This document shows positions 18,923 through 28,762 of a DNA stretch of 64,000 nucleotides, in pieces (positions within the stretch are counted from its first letter, which is position 1; each line of letters opens with the position of its first letter). The stretch comes from a bacterium. GTDB taxonomy: Bacteria; Zhuqueibacterota; Zhuqueibacteria; Residuimicrobiales; Krinioviventaceae. Both the position numbers and the translations under genes were made by a program. A model generated the notes under the pieces. It was not told where the DNA came from. It saw only the letters and a list, made by a program, of their open reading frames with translations, and did no database searches. The stretch is taken from positions 640,001 to 704,000 of the forward strand of contig CAXXFV010000016.1 of the NCBI GenBank assembly GCA_963674595.2, written 5' to 3'.

Positions 18923-21900
18923 TAAAATTCAGACATATATTTTTATTTTTTATCGTTTTTTTATCGAGTCCCGGTTACACACAGAGTTTCCGGGACTCTG
19001 TTCATAAAGACCGTCCGCAAGCGGTGAACCTTAAGGTTGGGGAAACCAGCCAGAATGTTATTCAGATAGAGTTTCCTGATCTCAAGACCTCTCTGACATC
19101 TGTTCAGGGTAAAACCTATTCGAAAATTCATATTCAGGATTGTGGCTATATTCACAATGAGGGAATGCCGCAGCTCCCGCTTTATTCCGGGATTTATGAA
19201 ACAAGTGAAACGGCTGATTTTGAAATTATCATTCTGGATTCTGCAATTTACTCCTACAGCGCTCAAGAGCTGGGGATTGAATATGAAATTGTTCCGGTTC
19301 CGTTTCATCCACAAGTCGGACAGGTTTCTGAAAAAAAACAGGTTCGCAATGACCAGGTTTATTCCCACAACAAATTTTTCCCTGAAACTTTATATAAAAT
19401 TTCAAGGACCGGTAAATTAAGAGATAAAAACTTGGTGCGTATTGAATTTTTTCCGGTTCAGTATAATCCGGTTTCAAAGGAATTCCGTGTCGTGGAATCC
19501 ATTCGTCTGGCGCTTGTTAGCAAGTCTAAAGATGATTTTATTGACTCTAATCTGAAAATAACCAAGCAGGAGGATGTTTTTACAAGGGTTACATCTTTCG
19601 ACCCTCCGGTATATCTTGTCATTGGGCCTGATGAGTTTCAAAACACTGCCGGTCCGTTGCTTGATTGGAAAAGGCAAAAAGGATACAAGGTGCAATGGGC
19701 GAACGTCGAAAATATCGGTCCGGATACACTCTCTATTAAATTCTATATAAAACAAATTTTTAACACGTCCAATCTGCAACATGTTTTGTTAATCGGCGAT
19801 GTGCAATATGTTCCTGCATACGTTGGTAAATTCGCTTTAAATCCACATGTACCGCATATGACCGATTATCTTTATACTACGATGGATGGATATGACGATC
19901 TTTTCCCGGATATTTTTATCGGCCGGTTACCGGCGTTGAACACAGCACAACTGAAAACAATGGTTGACAAAAGTCTTGCCTATGAAAAATGTATAGGCGC
20001 TGATTTAAACTGGCGAAATCATGCTGCTTTTGTGGCGTCTAAAGATCAGTCCTTTCACGAACTGGCTGAAAAAGGGCATCGAACCGTAATTAACGATTAT
20101 TGCCGTCCGATAGGTATGGTGTGTGATTCGATATGGGCTTTTTACAATGATAACACTGAACAGCTAAGTCAGGCTGTTCAACAGGGTACCGGGATGGTTG
20201 TTTACTCCGGTCATGGTAACAAAGTTTACTGGAATGATTTAAGAACAAATGGAAGTTACTTTAGTCTGGTGGATATTTATTACTTTCAAAATATTGAAAA
20301 ATATCCTCCGGTTTTAAGTTTTGGCTGTGATGCCGGTGATTTTAACGAAACAGAGTGTTTGGGAGAAAGCTGGCTGCGTTTTGAAAATACCGGCGCCTCT
20401 CTCTTTTTAGGCGCAACAGACCTGGCGTTTTGGTATGAAGACTATTATTATCAGAAAAAATTGTTTGAAGCGGCAGCCGAACCCGACTTGAACAACTTTG
20501 CCGAGATTTCACAGACCGCACTTTTACACTTGTACGCAAGGGGATATTCCCACGCAGAGTATTATTTTGAAATTTATAACATCCTCGGTGATCCGGATTT
20601 GCCGGTTGCATTGGGAATACCGGATTCGTTTTTAGTTAGTGTGCCGGATACAATATCTTCCGGAAGCCGAAGTTTGGCGCTCGATATTTCAAATCAAAAC
20701 GGACCGGTTGAAAATATATGGGCCGCAGTTACTCAGAACAATCAACTTGTAGCTTCTGCATCATCAATCAACGGCAATGCTGAGCTTTTCTTTACAGGTC
20801 CGGTAGATGAATCTGCTCCTTTACTTTTGACATTAACAAAACGGGGATTTGTCCCGTTCCAAAAAGAGATAGCTTTCCCAGCCGAATTTCAGGTAACCAT
20901 TGTTCCGGATACGGTGAAAATAAACAATTCAACTCTAATAAAACTTTATGTCAAAGATCAGGCTGATCAGCCCCGCGCACATGTTCAATGTTATATAAAG
21001 GGTATTGGCCCGAACGCTGTTTATCAATCTGCTACAAACGAATCCGGGATTGCTGATTTTACAGTCTCTTTTCCCTATGGTCAAAATTTGTCTGTTTATG
21101 GAAATGAAACCGGAAACAGCTATTATCAATTTAATGTAGAGTTGCCGGTGACAGGGGGGACGGACTTGACTTCTCCACAAGTGAATATCACAAATGATTC
21201 TGTAAATGTTGATGATAAATTTATACCCTATCTTACCGGTAACCTGGAAATAAATACCCAGCCTGCTGTTGAAAAAATCTATCTTAAAGGCTGTGGATTG
21301 GATACGGTTTTTGAAAACTCTTTTGTCCGGGTTTTCCCAAGAGAAACAGGGCAGATTCAGGTCTGGGGTGCAAGGTCCGGTTATAATTTGCTGGAAACGA
21401 TCATACCGGTTGACTATGAGTATGGTACTGTTCGTGGAACGTTGACCGACAGTGTAACTCTTGTACCGCTTGCACACGTTCCGGTTCACCTGGTCTATCT
21501 TGCTGATAATAAAAAATATACGGTATATTCAGGCAGCAGCGGTGTTTTTGCTTTTGCGGATTTTTGCCAAGTCGGCCATTATAAAATTTTTGTGGAACAG
21601 TTTGGGTATCGTAAATTTGAGAAAAGTTTTTATCTTCAAAAAGATGAAAATGTGGAAAACATTGTATTAACACCAAGATCAACGATAACAATCCAGGGAA
21701 CTGTTACCCTGGCCTCGGCAGACAATTATAGCGGCGTTGATGTCTGTGTTATGGGCCAGAATATCTGCACCTTAACCGATGATCAAGGCCGGTTTGTTTT
21801 GCAAAATGTGGTGCCGGATACGCTGAATATTAAAGCTTTTAAAGACGGTTACAAAAGTGAAACCATTAACGTCGTCGCCTATGAGGGAAATGATATTCAG

Positions 21901-22791
21901 GGTTTATCGATTGAACTGGAAACAGGAATTTCAGAGTTATTTGCCGATTTTGAAGAAAATAACGGTTATTTTACAGCGACAGAAGACTGGAGTTGGGGAA
22001 CGCCCGGTCCGGGATTGTATGACATGGGACCGGAATCAGCATCGTCCGGTAAAAAGGTATGGGGGACGGTTTTGGATGGAGACTATCACGCATCAACTCA
22101 TTCTGTTCTAAAAAGTCCGGAAATCAGTCTGGCCGGTTACCAAAAACCTGTACTCGAGTTTATGCATTTTTATCATACGGATTTAACCACTGAAGGTATT
22201 GACGGCGGCAATATTAAAATCAAAACAACGGATGATAGTGTTCGCAATATCGTTTTTCCGGAAAATGGTTACACCTGTAACGCTTTGGATGCTGATAATT
22301 TATTTATGGGCGGTGAACCGGCTTTTAGCGGTGATGGTAAAAAATGGGAATCCGTTAAAATTGACTTGTCTGAAATGATAAACAAGCATATATTTGTAGA
22401 GTTTCATTTCAGCAGTGATGAGGATGTGAACGACGCCGGTTGGTATATTGATGATTTTAAGGTATATGATGATGAAAATTCTAATGTCCTGACTCAGGAA
22501 CCCGTATTACCGGACCATTTAATTTTGGAACAGAATTATCCCAATCCGTTTAACGCACAAACCAGGTTTGAATTTTACATTCCAAATAAAAGATTTGTTG
22601 AAATTGAGGTGTTTAATACCATAGGGCAGCGTGTCAACACCCTCATGAAAAGTACCCTGGCTGCCGGTAAATACAAAGTAATCTGGAACGGAACAGACAC
22701 CAATGGCATGAGTTTGAATTCCGGGATATATTTTATACGAATGACAACACATTCGGAATATAAAATAATCAAGGCTGTTTATATTCGTTAG
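18919..22791 (+). CDS. C25 family (gingipain-like) cysteine protease with propeptide, carboxypeptidase-regulatory-like domains and CTD
   Basis: GMPQLP and FFPVQYNP propeptide; LLDWKRQKG; VLLIGD; PDIFIGRLP; catalytic YSGHG and FGCDAG; YNILGDP; LEQNYPNPFN CTD. GTGA overlap with the upstream stop. Confidence 0.88.
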   Translation: MIKFRHIFLFFIVFLSSPGYTQSFRDSVHKDRPQAVNLKVGETSQNVIQIEFPDLKTSLTSVQGKTYSKIHIQDCGYIHNEGMPQLPLYSGIYETSETADFEIIILDSAIYSYSAQELGIEYEIVPVPFHPQVGQVSEKKQVRNDQVYSHNKFFPETLYKISRTGKLRDKNLVRIEFFPVQYNPVSKEFRVVESIRLALVSKSKDDFIDSNLKITKQEDVFTRVTSFDPPVYLVIGPDEFQNTAGPLLDWKRQKGYKVQWANVENIGPDTLSIKFYIKQIFNTSNLQHVLLIGDVQYVPAYVGKFALNPHVPHMTDYLYTTMDGYDDLFPDIFIGRLPALNTAQLKTMVDKSLAYEKCIGADLNWRNHAAFVASKDQSFHELAEKGHRTVINDYCRPIGMVCDSIWAFYNDNTEQLSQAVQQGTGMVVYSGHGNKVYWNDLRTNGSYFSLVDIYYFQNIEKYPPVLSFGCDAGDFNETECLGESWLRFENTGASLFLGATDLAFWYEDYYYQKKLFEAAAEPDLNNFAEISQTALLHLYARGYSHAEYYFEIYNILGDPDLPVALGIPDSFLVSVPDTISSGSRSLALDISNQNGPVENIWAAVTQNNQLVASASSINGNAELFFTGPVDESAPLLLTLTKRGFVPFQKEIAFPAEFQVTIVPDTVKINNSTLIKLYVKDQADQPRAHVQCYIKGIGPNAVYQSATNESGIADFTVSFPYGQNLSVYGNETGNSYYQFNVELPVTGGTDLTSPQVNITNDSVNVDDKFIPYLTGNLEINTQPAVEKIYLKGCGLDTVFENSFVRVFPRETGQIQVWGARSGYNLLETIIPVDYEYGTVRGTLTDSVTLVPLAHVPVHLVYLADNKKYTVYSGSSGVFAFADFCQVGHYKIFVEQFGYRKFEKSFYLQKDENVENIVLTPRSTITIQGTVTLASADNYSGVDVCVMGQNICTLTDDQGRFVLQNVVPDTLNIKAFKDGYKSETINVVAYEGNDIQGLSIELETGISELFADFEENNGYFTATEDWSWGTPGPGLYDMGPESASSGKKVWGTVLDGDYHASTHSVLKSPEISLAGYQKPVLEFMHFYHTDLTTEGIDGGNIKIKTTDDSVRNIVFPENGYTCNALDADNLFMGGEPAFSGDGKKWESVKIDLSEMINKHIFVEFHFSSDEDVNDAGWYIDDFKVYDDENSNVLTQEPVLPDHLILEQNYPNPFNAQTRFEFYIPNKRFVEIEVFNTIGQRVNTLMKSTLAAGKYKVIWNGTDTNGMSLNSGIYFIRMTTHSEYKIIKAVYIR

Positions 22792-22810
22792 GTTTTTATT
22801 TTTTAAAAAA

Positions 22811-25800
22811 GTGGAGCAGAGCGTGGCAAAAAAACAAGCTGTAAAGAATAAACAACAAATTGAAAATCCATCACGAATCCGGTATAACATTAGTGGAATT
22901 CATTATGCTATTTTATTTTTATTTTTGATTTCCGGAATGTGCGGACTTGTTTATCAGGTTGTCTGGGTAAGAATTCTAAATTTAATTTTTGGTGTTACAG
23001 CTTTTGCCGTTAGTACCGTTGTTACCGCTTTTATGGCCGGTCTGGCCTGGGGCAGTTTTTATTGGGGCCGAAAAATAGAAAAAAGCAAAAATCCGCTGCG
23101 AATTTATGGGTTTCTGGAAATTGGGGTTGGAATATATGCTTTAATCTCGCCGTTTATATTTTCCGGAATTGACTCTGTTTATATATTTATTTTCAGAACG
23201 TTTTCACCGGGATTCTATGTTTTTGCATTGATACGTTTTTTGCTTGCAGGTGTTATTATTATTTTGCCCACTATGTTTATGGGTGGGACCTTACCGATCC
23301 TTGTGAAATATTTTGTGCGTCAGAATAATCTGGTGGGTCGATTAGCCGGATATCTTTATTCGTTTAATACGGTCGGCGCTGTTATCGGCACAATTGCAGC
23401 CGGATTTTTTATGGTTAAGTACATGGGCGTACAAAATACCATTACATTGACAGCCTTTGTAAATATAATTGTCGGTGTGGCGGCATTTTTAATTTCACGT
23501 AAGAAGAGTAAGGATATTCAGGATGAACCACAAACAGAAATCCCGTTAAAAGAACCTGAAAAAATCCCGGAGCAACGTTTACTTTTATGGGGTTTTGCAC
23601 TTTCAGGCTTGGCATCGCTTGCTTATGAAGTGTTGTGGACCCGGTCACTTTTATTCTTTTTGGGACTGACCACCTATACTTTTTCCACTATTCTTGCCGC
23701 TTTTCTGGTTGGAATCGCCCTGGGAAGTTATATTTTTTCCCGCTTGGTTCACCAAAAACGAAATTTAATTTTGTGGTTTGGAATTGTCCAACTGATTATC
23801 GGATTATTTGCCCTGGCAGTTATGCCGTTAATTGAAAATTTTTATTCCATATCGAATGAATTACGGTCTTCATTGGGTTATTATTCCTGGTGGACCAATG
23901 TTGGTATTAAATTTTTACTGTCATTTTTATTGATGCTCATCCCCACCATATTTATGGGCGGGACTTTTCCGATTATTGTTCAGGCCTATGGTAAAACAAT
24001 TTCAGGATTAGGTAAAAAAGTGGGAGAGGTTTATTCGGCAAATACGGTCGGTTCCATCATCGGATCGTTTTTAGCAGGATTCGTACTTGTTCCTTTTTGC
24101 GGTGTACGTTTGAGTATTGCTCTTGTTGTGCTGCTGAATTTTGCAATTGGACTATTTTTTATATATTACAATCAACGGGCAGTGACGAAACGTCGGTATA
24201 TTATATTTGGTTTAGCCGGCATCCTCGTTGTGTTGGTCATTCTTTCCATGAACCAAAAACCGCTTATTTTGGCAAGCGTCGAATTTAAAGGCCCTTCCAG
24301 ACGATATGATTTACTGCACTATAAAGAAGGGATTGACGGATCACTGGCTGTTCTGCAGGACCGTGTTAACGGTGAACGTGAACTTAATATTAACGGTGAA
24401 TCCACAGCTTTTACCATTTATCAGGACATGCAGGTCCATAAATTGCTCGGACATTTACCCATGCTGGTCCATCCGGCCCCTAAAGACGTTTTGGTTGTTG
24501 GATTCGGTTTGGGCAGTACGTCCTGGGCAACTGTGCAGTATCCGGATGTCCGAACAGACTGTGTAGAACTGGTTAGAGATGAGATTGAAACAGCCATCTA
24601 TTTTGAACCGGAAAACCATAACGTTATGGATAATCCCAAGTTCAATCTTGTTATTACAGACGGACGTGATTTTGTTAAAGGTACGCGAAAAAAGTATGAT
24701 GTTATTTCCTTTAACGCCATTCATCCTAAAATAAGCCCCAATCTCTACACATTGGACTTTTATGAAATGTGCCGCGATATTTTAAAGGACCAGGGGATAA
24801 TTATTGCCTGGCTGCCGCCCAATGCCATTACCGAAACAGAATATCAGTCTTTAATAAAAACATTTATTCAGGTTTTTCCGTCCAGTTCACTCTGGTATGT
24901 CAATCCGTCGCATATGCTGCTGATGTCTTCTCCGGATGGATTTAAAATTGATTATCAGCAACTTAAGAACAGGCTTGCTTTGCAGGGGGTGAATAAGGAT
25001 TTAAAAGAAGGAAATCTGGAAAATATTTTTGAATTAAGCAGTTGTTTTTTGATGGCTGAAGATCAGCTTGCTCAATATTGTTACAACGCACCAATAAACT
25101 CGGATGATTTGCCCTACATAGAGTTTTCACGGGAACTGACGGTAACTGTAAATATGGATGTTTTGTCAAGTCTTGGCAGGCTTAAAAAAAGTCTCTATCC
25201 CTATTTTACGAATATGGGTGAAGATTCTTTGGAAATAAAAGAAAAATTAAAAGTGTATGACCAGGTTAAATCATTAGTAGCAAAGGGACAAGTCTCTGCC
25301 TGGAATGGTCAGTTTGACAAGGCCGGGGTTTATTATCAGGAAGCACTGTCACTGGATACTGATAATGCAAATGCTCTTTATTTAAATGGTTTATTAGCTC
25401 GCAGAAAAGATGATTTGATAAAATTGACAGAGTTGAATCCACAGAATGCCAAAGCTTTTCAGGCACTGGGTGAAATTTATTTACAGGAAAATAATATAAA
25501 ACAAGCTTTTCAAGCCTTTAACCGGGCCAATTATATTGATCCGGAATATGCACAGCCCTATCACCATCTGGGAGTTATTTATTATTTACAACAAAGACCT
25601 GATAAAGCCCTGGTGCAGTTAGAGCATGCTTTGAAACTTGATCCGAATTATGGCGCTTCTTATTATTATTTGGGAATGTGTTATTGGCGTATGAGTAAAC
25701 TAGATCCGGCGATAGAAAATTTTGAAAAAACCATCGAGTTGGATCCGAGTGTTGCAGCAGCTCATTATCGATTGGGTTTAGGTTATGAAATGAAAAGGTG

Positions 25801-25900
25801 GTATGATAAAGCATTGATTTGTTTTGAAAATGCGTTAAAAGTTGATCCGAATTATGAGCCGGCATTAATAAAATTAAATAATCAGAGTGGCAATAAATAA
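22811..25900 (+). CDS. Fused multi-TM (MFS-like)/spermidine-synthase-like SAM-fold protein with C-terminal TPRs
   Basis: Two SG...YE/QVxWxR TM repeats with PT..MGGT.P and YS.NT.G; VLVVGFGLG; TDGR; NLYTLDFY; NSDDLPYIEF; TPRs at the C-terminus. Confidence 0.85.
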   Translation: MEQSVAKKQAVKNKQQIENPSRIRYNISGIHYAILFLFLISGMCGLVYQVVWVRILNLIFGVTAFAVSTVVTAFMAGLAWGSFYWGRKIEKSKNPLRIYGFLEIGVGIYALISPFIFSGIDSVYIFIFRTFSPGFYVFALIRFLLAGVIIILPTMFMGGTLPILVKYFVRQNNLVGRLAGYLYSFNTVGAVIGTIAAGFFMVKYMGVQNTITLTAFVNIIVGVAAFLISRKKSKDIQDEPQTEIPLKEPEKIPEQRLLLWGFALSGLASLAYEVLWTRSLLFFLGLTTYTFSTILAAFLVGIALGSYIFSRLVHQKRNLILWFGIVQLIIGLFALAVMPLIENFYSISNELRSSLGYYSWWTNVGIKFLLSFLLMLIPTIFMGGTFPIIVQAYGKTISGLGKKVGEVYSANTVGSIIGSFLAGFVLVPFCGVRLSIALVVLLNFAIGLFFIYYNQRAVTKRRYIIFGLAGILVVLVILSMNQKPLILASVEFKGPSRRYDLLHYKEGIDGSLAVLQDRVNGERELNINGESTAFTIYQDMQVHKLLGHLPMLVHPAPKDVLVVGFGLGSTSWATVQYPDVRTDCVELVRDEIETAIYFEPENHNVMDNPKFNLVITDGRDFVKGTRKKYDVISFNAIHPKISPNLYTLDFYEMCRDILKDQGIIIAWLPPNAITETEYQSLIKTFIQVFPSSSLWYVNPSHMLLMSSPDGFKIDYQQLKNRLALQGVNKDLKEGNLENIFELSSCFLMAEDQLAQYCYNAPINSDDLPYIEFSRELTVTVNMDVLSSLGRLKKSLYPYFTNMGEDSLEIKEKLKVYDQVKSLVAKGQVSAWNGQFDKAGVYYQEALSLDTDNANALYLNGLLARRKDDLIKLTELNPQNAKAFQALGEIYLQENNIKQAFQAFNRANYIDPEYAQPYHHLGVIYYLQQRPDKALVQLEHALKLDPNYGASYYYLGMCYWRMSKLDPAIENFEKTIELDPSVAAAHYRLGLGYEMKRWYDKALICFENALKVDPNYEPALIKLNNQSGNK

Positions 25901-26029
25901 TTTCTATTCATTTTATGCGAAACCATGTTGTTTCATGTACGTTAAAAGAAAAGGTTGGGGGATTATTAAACAACAAATTCATGTTTATTATGTAATAATG
26001 CAGTCAGGTTGTCGGTAGAAAGGGATACT

Positions 26030-28291
26030 TTGATAAAATTATGGAAAATTTTGGTTTGCGCTTGCGTTGTGTCTGTGGCTTTTGGGCAAGCTTGGGCTTT
26101 TGATCATTTCAGCAAGATGGATCCGCGATTGACAAAAATTTTATTAAATTCGGAACGCATTGATGATATAAAAAATGATTTGTCTTTGAAAAAGTCCGGA
26201 ACACAATGGTTTGTTGAGGCAATAATTACTTTTGATGGGAATGTATATGAACTTGAAAGTTCCGGGGTTCAAATAGTCAAATCATTTGCAGATATGGCTG
26301 TTGTTCGGGTGCCTTTTGAAAAATTGGAACAGGTGGCCGAAAATCCCCAGATAATTTATATGGAAGCGCCAACCATATCAAAACCCTATTTGGATAAAAG
26401 TATTCCCGTGATTAATGGAATTAAGGCACGGCAGACATTGAATAAAACAGGAAAGGGGGTGCTTGTTGGAGTTATTGATTCCGGTATTGATTGGCAGCAT
26501 TATGATTTTCGCAAATCAAATGGCGATACACGAATTAAATTTTTATTGGACCTTAGTGATTCAAATGGTAATTATTATGGTGGTAAACTTTATACCGAAC
26601 AGGACATTAATAATGCATTGAACGGTTTGGGGCAGGTTAATGAATATGATTACTCGGGACACGGAACACATGTCGCCGGTATTATTGCCGGTGATGACAG
26701 TGAGTTGGCCGGATATGGTAGTTTTGCCGGAGTTGCTCCGGAAGCTGATCTTGTGATCGTCAAAGCGAGTCGTGATGTAAAAGGTGATTCATTTCTCTCA
26801 ACTGATCAATTTATCGCCTTAACCTTTATCGATAGTGTTGCCTCTGTTCTCGGAATGCCTTATGTTGTCAATATGAGCCTCGGTGGACACTTTGGCGCTC
26901 ATGACGGGACAGCTTCAACTGAAAGAGAAATCGATGCGTTGGTTGGCCCCACCACTTCTGGTAAGGCAATCGTAACAGTTGCCGGTAACGAACGTGATGT
27001 AAATATACACGCCAAAGCATATCTGGGGTCTTCGAGTGGTTCCAGTGAGATTACTTTTAATGTTGACGGCTCCGGTTCAGGAAATGATCTGATACAGCTC
27101 GATGCCTGGTATGATGGCAGCAGTAATGTAACCCTTTCATTAATCTCGCCGGACGGTGTTACTCACGGACCGGTACGTCGGGGTAATTATTACGACAAAA
27201 GCACAAATGACGGCAAGATTTTAATTCTAAATGGCTATTTTGTTAAAGATAATGGTTCAGCCGTATATGGAGTCTCTCCGTTTAATGGAGATTTTGAAAT
27301 CTATATAGAAATAAGTGATAACGACGGAATTGCGCCCAGTGAAGGTGAATGGAAAATTAAATTCGAAGGCAGCAATGCTACCATAGATGCCTATATGGCC
27401 TATTCTTCAATCAATGTACAGTTTGACCAGGGCAGTGTTTCGACCGGAAAGATTTCCGTACCCGGTACATCCAAGAACGTTATCACCAGCGGCGGCTATA
27501 TTACCAGGCTGACTTGGACCGATTTTGAAAATAATACATTAACGATTGATAGTCAAAATAATATGTCTGTAGGAGATATTGCTGATTTTTCAAATCCCGG
27601 CCCGACACGAGACGGGCGAATAAAACCGGATGTCACTGCACCTGCAATGATGATAGCCAGTACAATTTCTCAGCAAGCCTGGGTAACGGAGCCAAACAGT
27701 ATGTTTATATCCGGCAACTCTAGTTTCCCTTATGGTATGATATTGCAGGATGGAAAGCACGGATTGGCTTCGGGAACAAGTATGGCCGGTCCGCATGTTG
27801 CCGGTGCTGTTGCTTTGCTGCTTGAAGAATTCCCGAATGCTACGGCTACGCAGCTCCAGGGCATGCTGGCAAACAGTGCAAATGCTGATCAATATACCGG
27901 CAGTTTGCCAAACTCTGACTGGGGTTGGGGAAAACTGGATGTTTATAAAGCCCTGCAAACAGAGCCGGGAGAAAAACCTGTTTTAGAGTTTATCGTGGAT
28001 AATATCTACCCTAATCCATTTCCTCGAACTGAAACTAAATCTGCTCATATAGATTATATGTTGTCTGAAAGCGAGAGCGGCGAACATATAACTATTACTG
28101 TCTATAATGCATTAGGGCAAAAAGTCCGAACCATTATTTCTGAAACCCAAAATGCCGGTTCTCACGCTGTAATTTGGGATGGGCGGGATGATAACAGTTA
28201 TCCCGTGGCAGCAGGTGTTTATCTTGTAGAATTTAAATCTAATTCGAAACAAGAAGTTAAAAAAGTCGTCTATTTAGGAAACACAAATTAA
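26030..28291 (+). CDS. S8 serine protease (Csp-like, with inserted beta domain) with FlgD-type CTD
   Basis: GKGVLVGVIDSG, GHGTHVAG, VAGNE, FSNPGPTRDGRIKPD, GTSMAGPHVAG; IYPNPF...WDGRD CTD. TTG start after aaaggga; ORF track start is 26009. Confidence 0.9.
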   Translation: MIKLWKILVCACVVSVAFGQAWAFDHFSKMDPRLTKILLNSERIDDIKNDLSLKKSGTQWFVEAIITFDGNVYELESSGVQIVKSFADMAVVRVPFEKLEQVAENPQIIYMEAPTISKPYLDKSIPVINGIKARQTLNKTGKGVLVGVIDSGIDWQHYDFRKSNGDTRIKFLLDLSDSNGNYYGGKLYTEQDINNALNGLGQVNEYDYSGHGTHVAGIIAGDDSELAGYGSFAGVAPEADLVIVKASRDVKGDSFLSTDQFIALTFIDSVASVLGMPYVVNMSLGGHFGAHDGTASTEREIDALVGPTTSGKAIVTVAGNERDVNIHAKAYLGSSSGSSEITFNVDGSGSGNDLIQLDAWYDGSSNVTLSLISPDGVTHGPVRRGNYYDKSTNDGKILILNGYFVKDNGSAVYGVSPFNGDFEIYIEISDNDGIAPSEGEWKIKFEGSNATIDAYMAYSSINVQFDQGSVSTGKISVPGTSKNVITSGGYITRLTWTDFENNTLTIDSQNNMSVGDIADFSNPGPTRDGRIKPDVTAPAMMIASTISQQAWVTEPNSMFISGNSSFPYGMILQDGKHGLASGTSMAGPHVAGAVALLLEEFPNATATQLQGMLANSANADQYTGSLPNSDWGWGKLDVYKALQTEPGEKPVLEFIVDNIYPNPFPRTETKSAHIDYMLSESESGEHITITVYNALGQKVRTIISETQNAGSHAVIWDGRDDNSYPVAAGVYLVEFKSNSKQEVKKVVYLGNTN

Positions 28292-28318
28292 AATAAATTA
28301 AATTATTTGGAGGTTATT

Positions 28319-28753
28319 ATGGGAACACTTTTTGAAGATATTCGTGACGGTATACGTGACGGTATTGAACTGTTTGTAGATAAAACAGAAGAATATACAA
28401 AAATCGGCAAATTAAAGGTTGATATCCTTGGAATTAAACGAAACATTGAAAAATTATTTTCTGAACTTGGCGGAAGAACATACGAACTTTTGTCAAATGA
28501 TGAAAAATCCGATGTTGCTGCTGATTCAGAAGTTGAACGACTTGTTCAGAATTTGAAAGAACAGGAAGAAAAACTGGATGCAAAAAAGAACGAAATAAAA
28601 ATTGTTAAAGAAGAAAAAGAAAAAGAACGTAAAGAACGTGATGAGTCGCGTCGTCAGGCTAAAGAAAAGCAGCCGGAACAATCTGAGACTGCTGATCAGG
28701 ATATAGAAGATGTTACCGCTACAGAAGTTGATGAAGAAGATAAAGAAAAATAA
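28319..28753 (+). CDS. Hypothetical coiled-coil protein with acidic tail
   Basis: ggagg RBS before ATG 28319; E/K-rich helix. Confidence 0.7.
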   Translation: MGTLFEDIRDGIRDGIELFVDKTEEYTKIGKLKVDILGIKRNIEKLFSELGGRTYELLSNDEKSDVAADSEVERLVQNLKEQEEKLDAKKNEIKIVKEEKEKERKERDESRRQAKEKQPEQSETADQDIEDVTATEVDEEDKEK

Positions 28754-28762
28754 TAGAACCGG

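Noticed and set aside
28343-28365. Tandem repeat cgtgacggtat x2 (RDGI x2)
   Set aside because: Two copies inside a coding helix; not an array.
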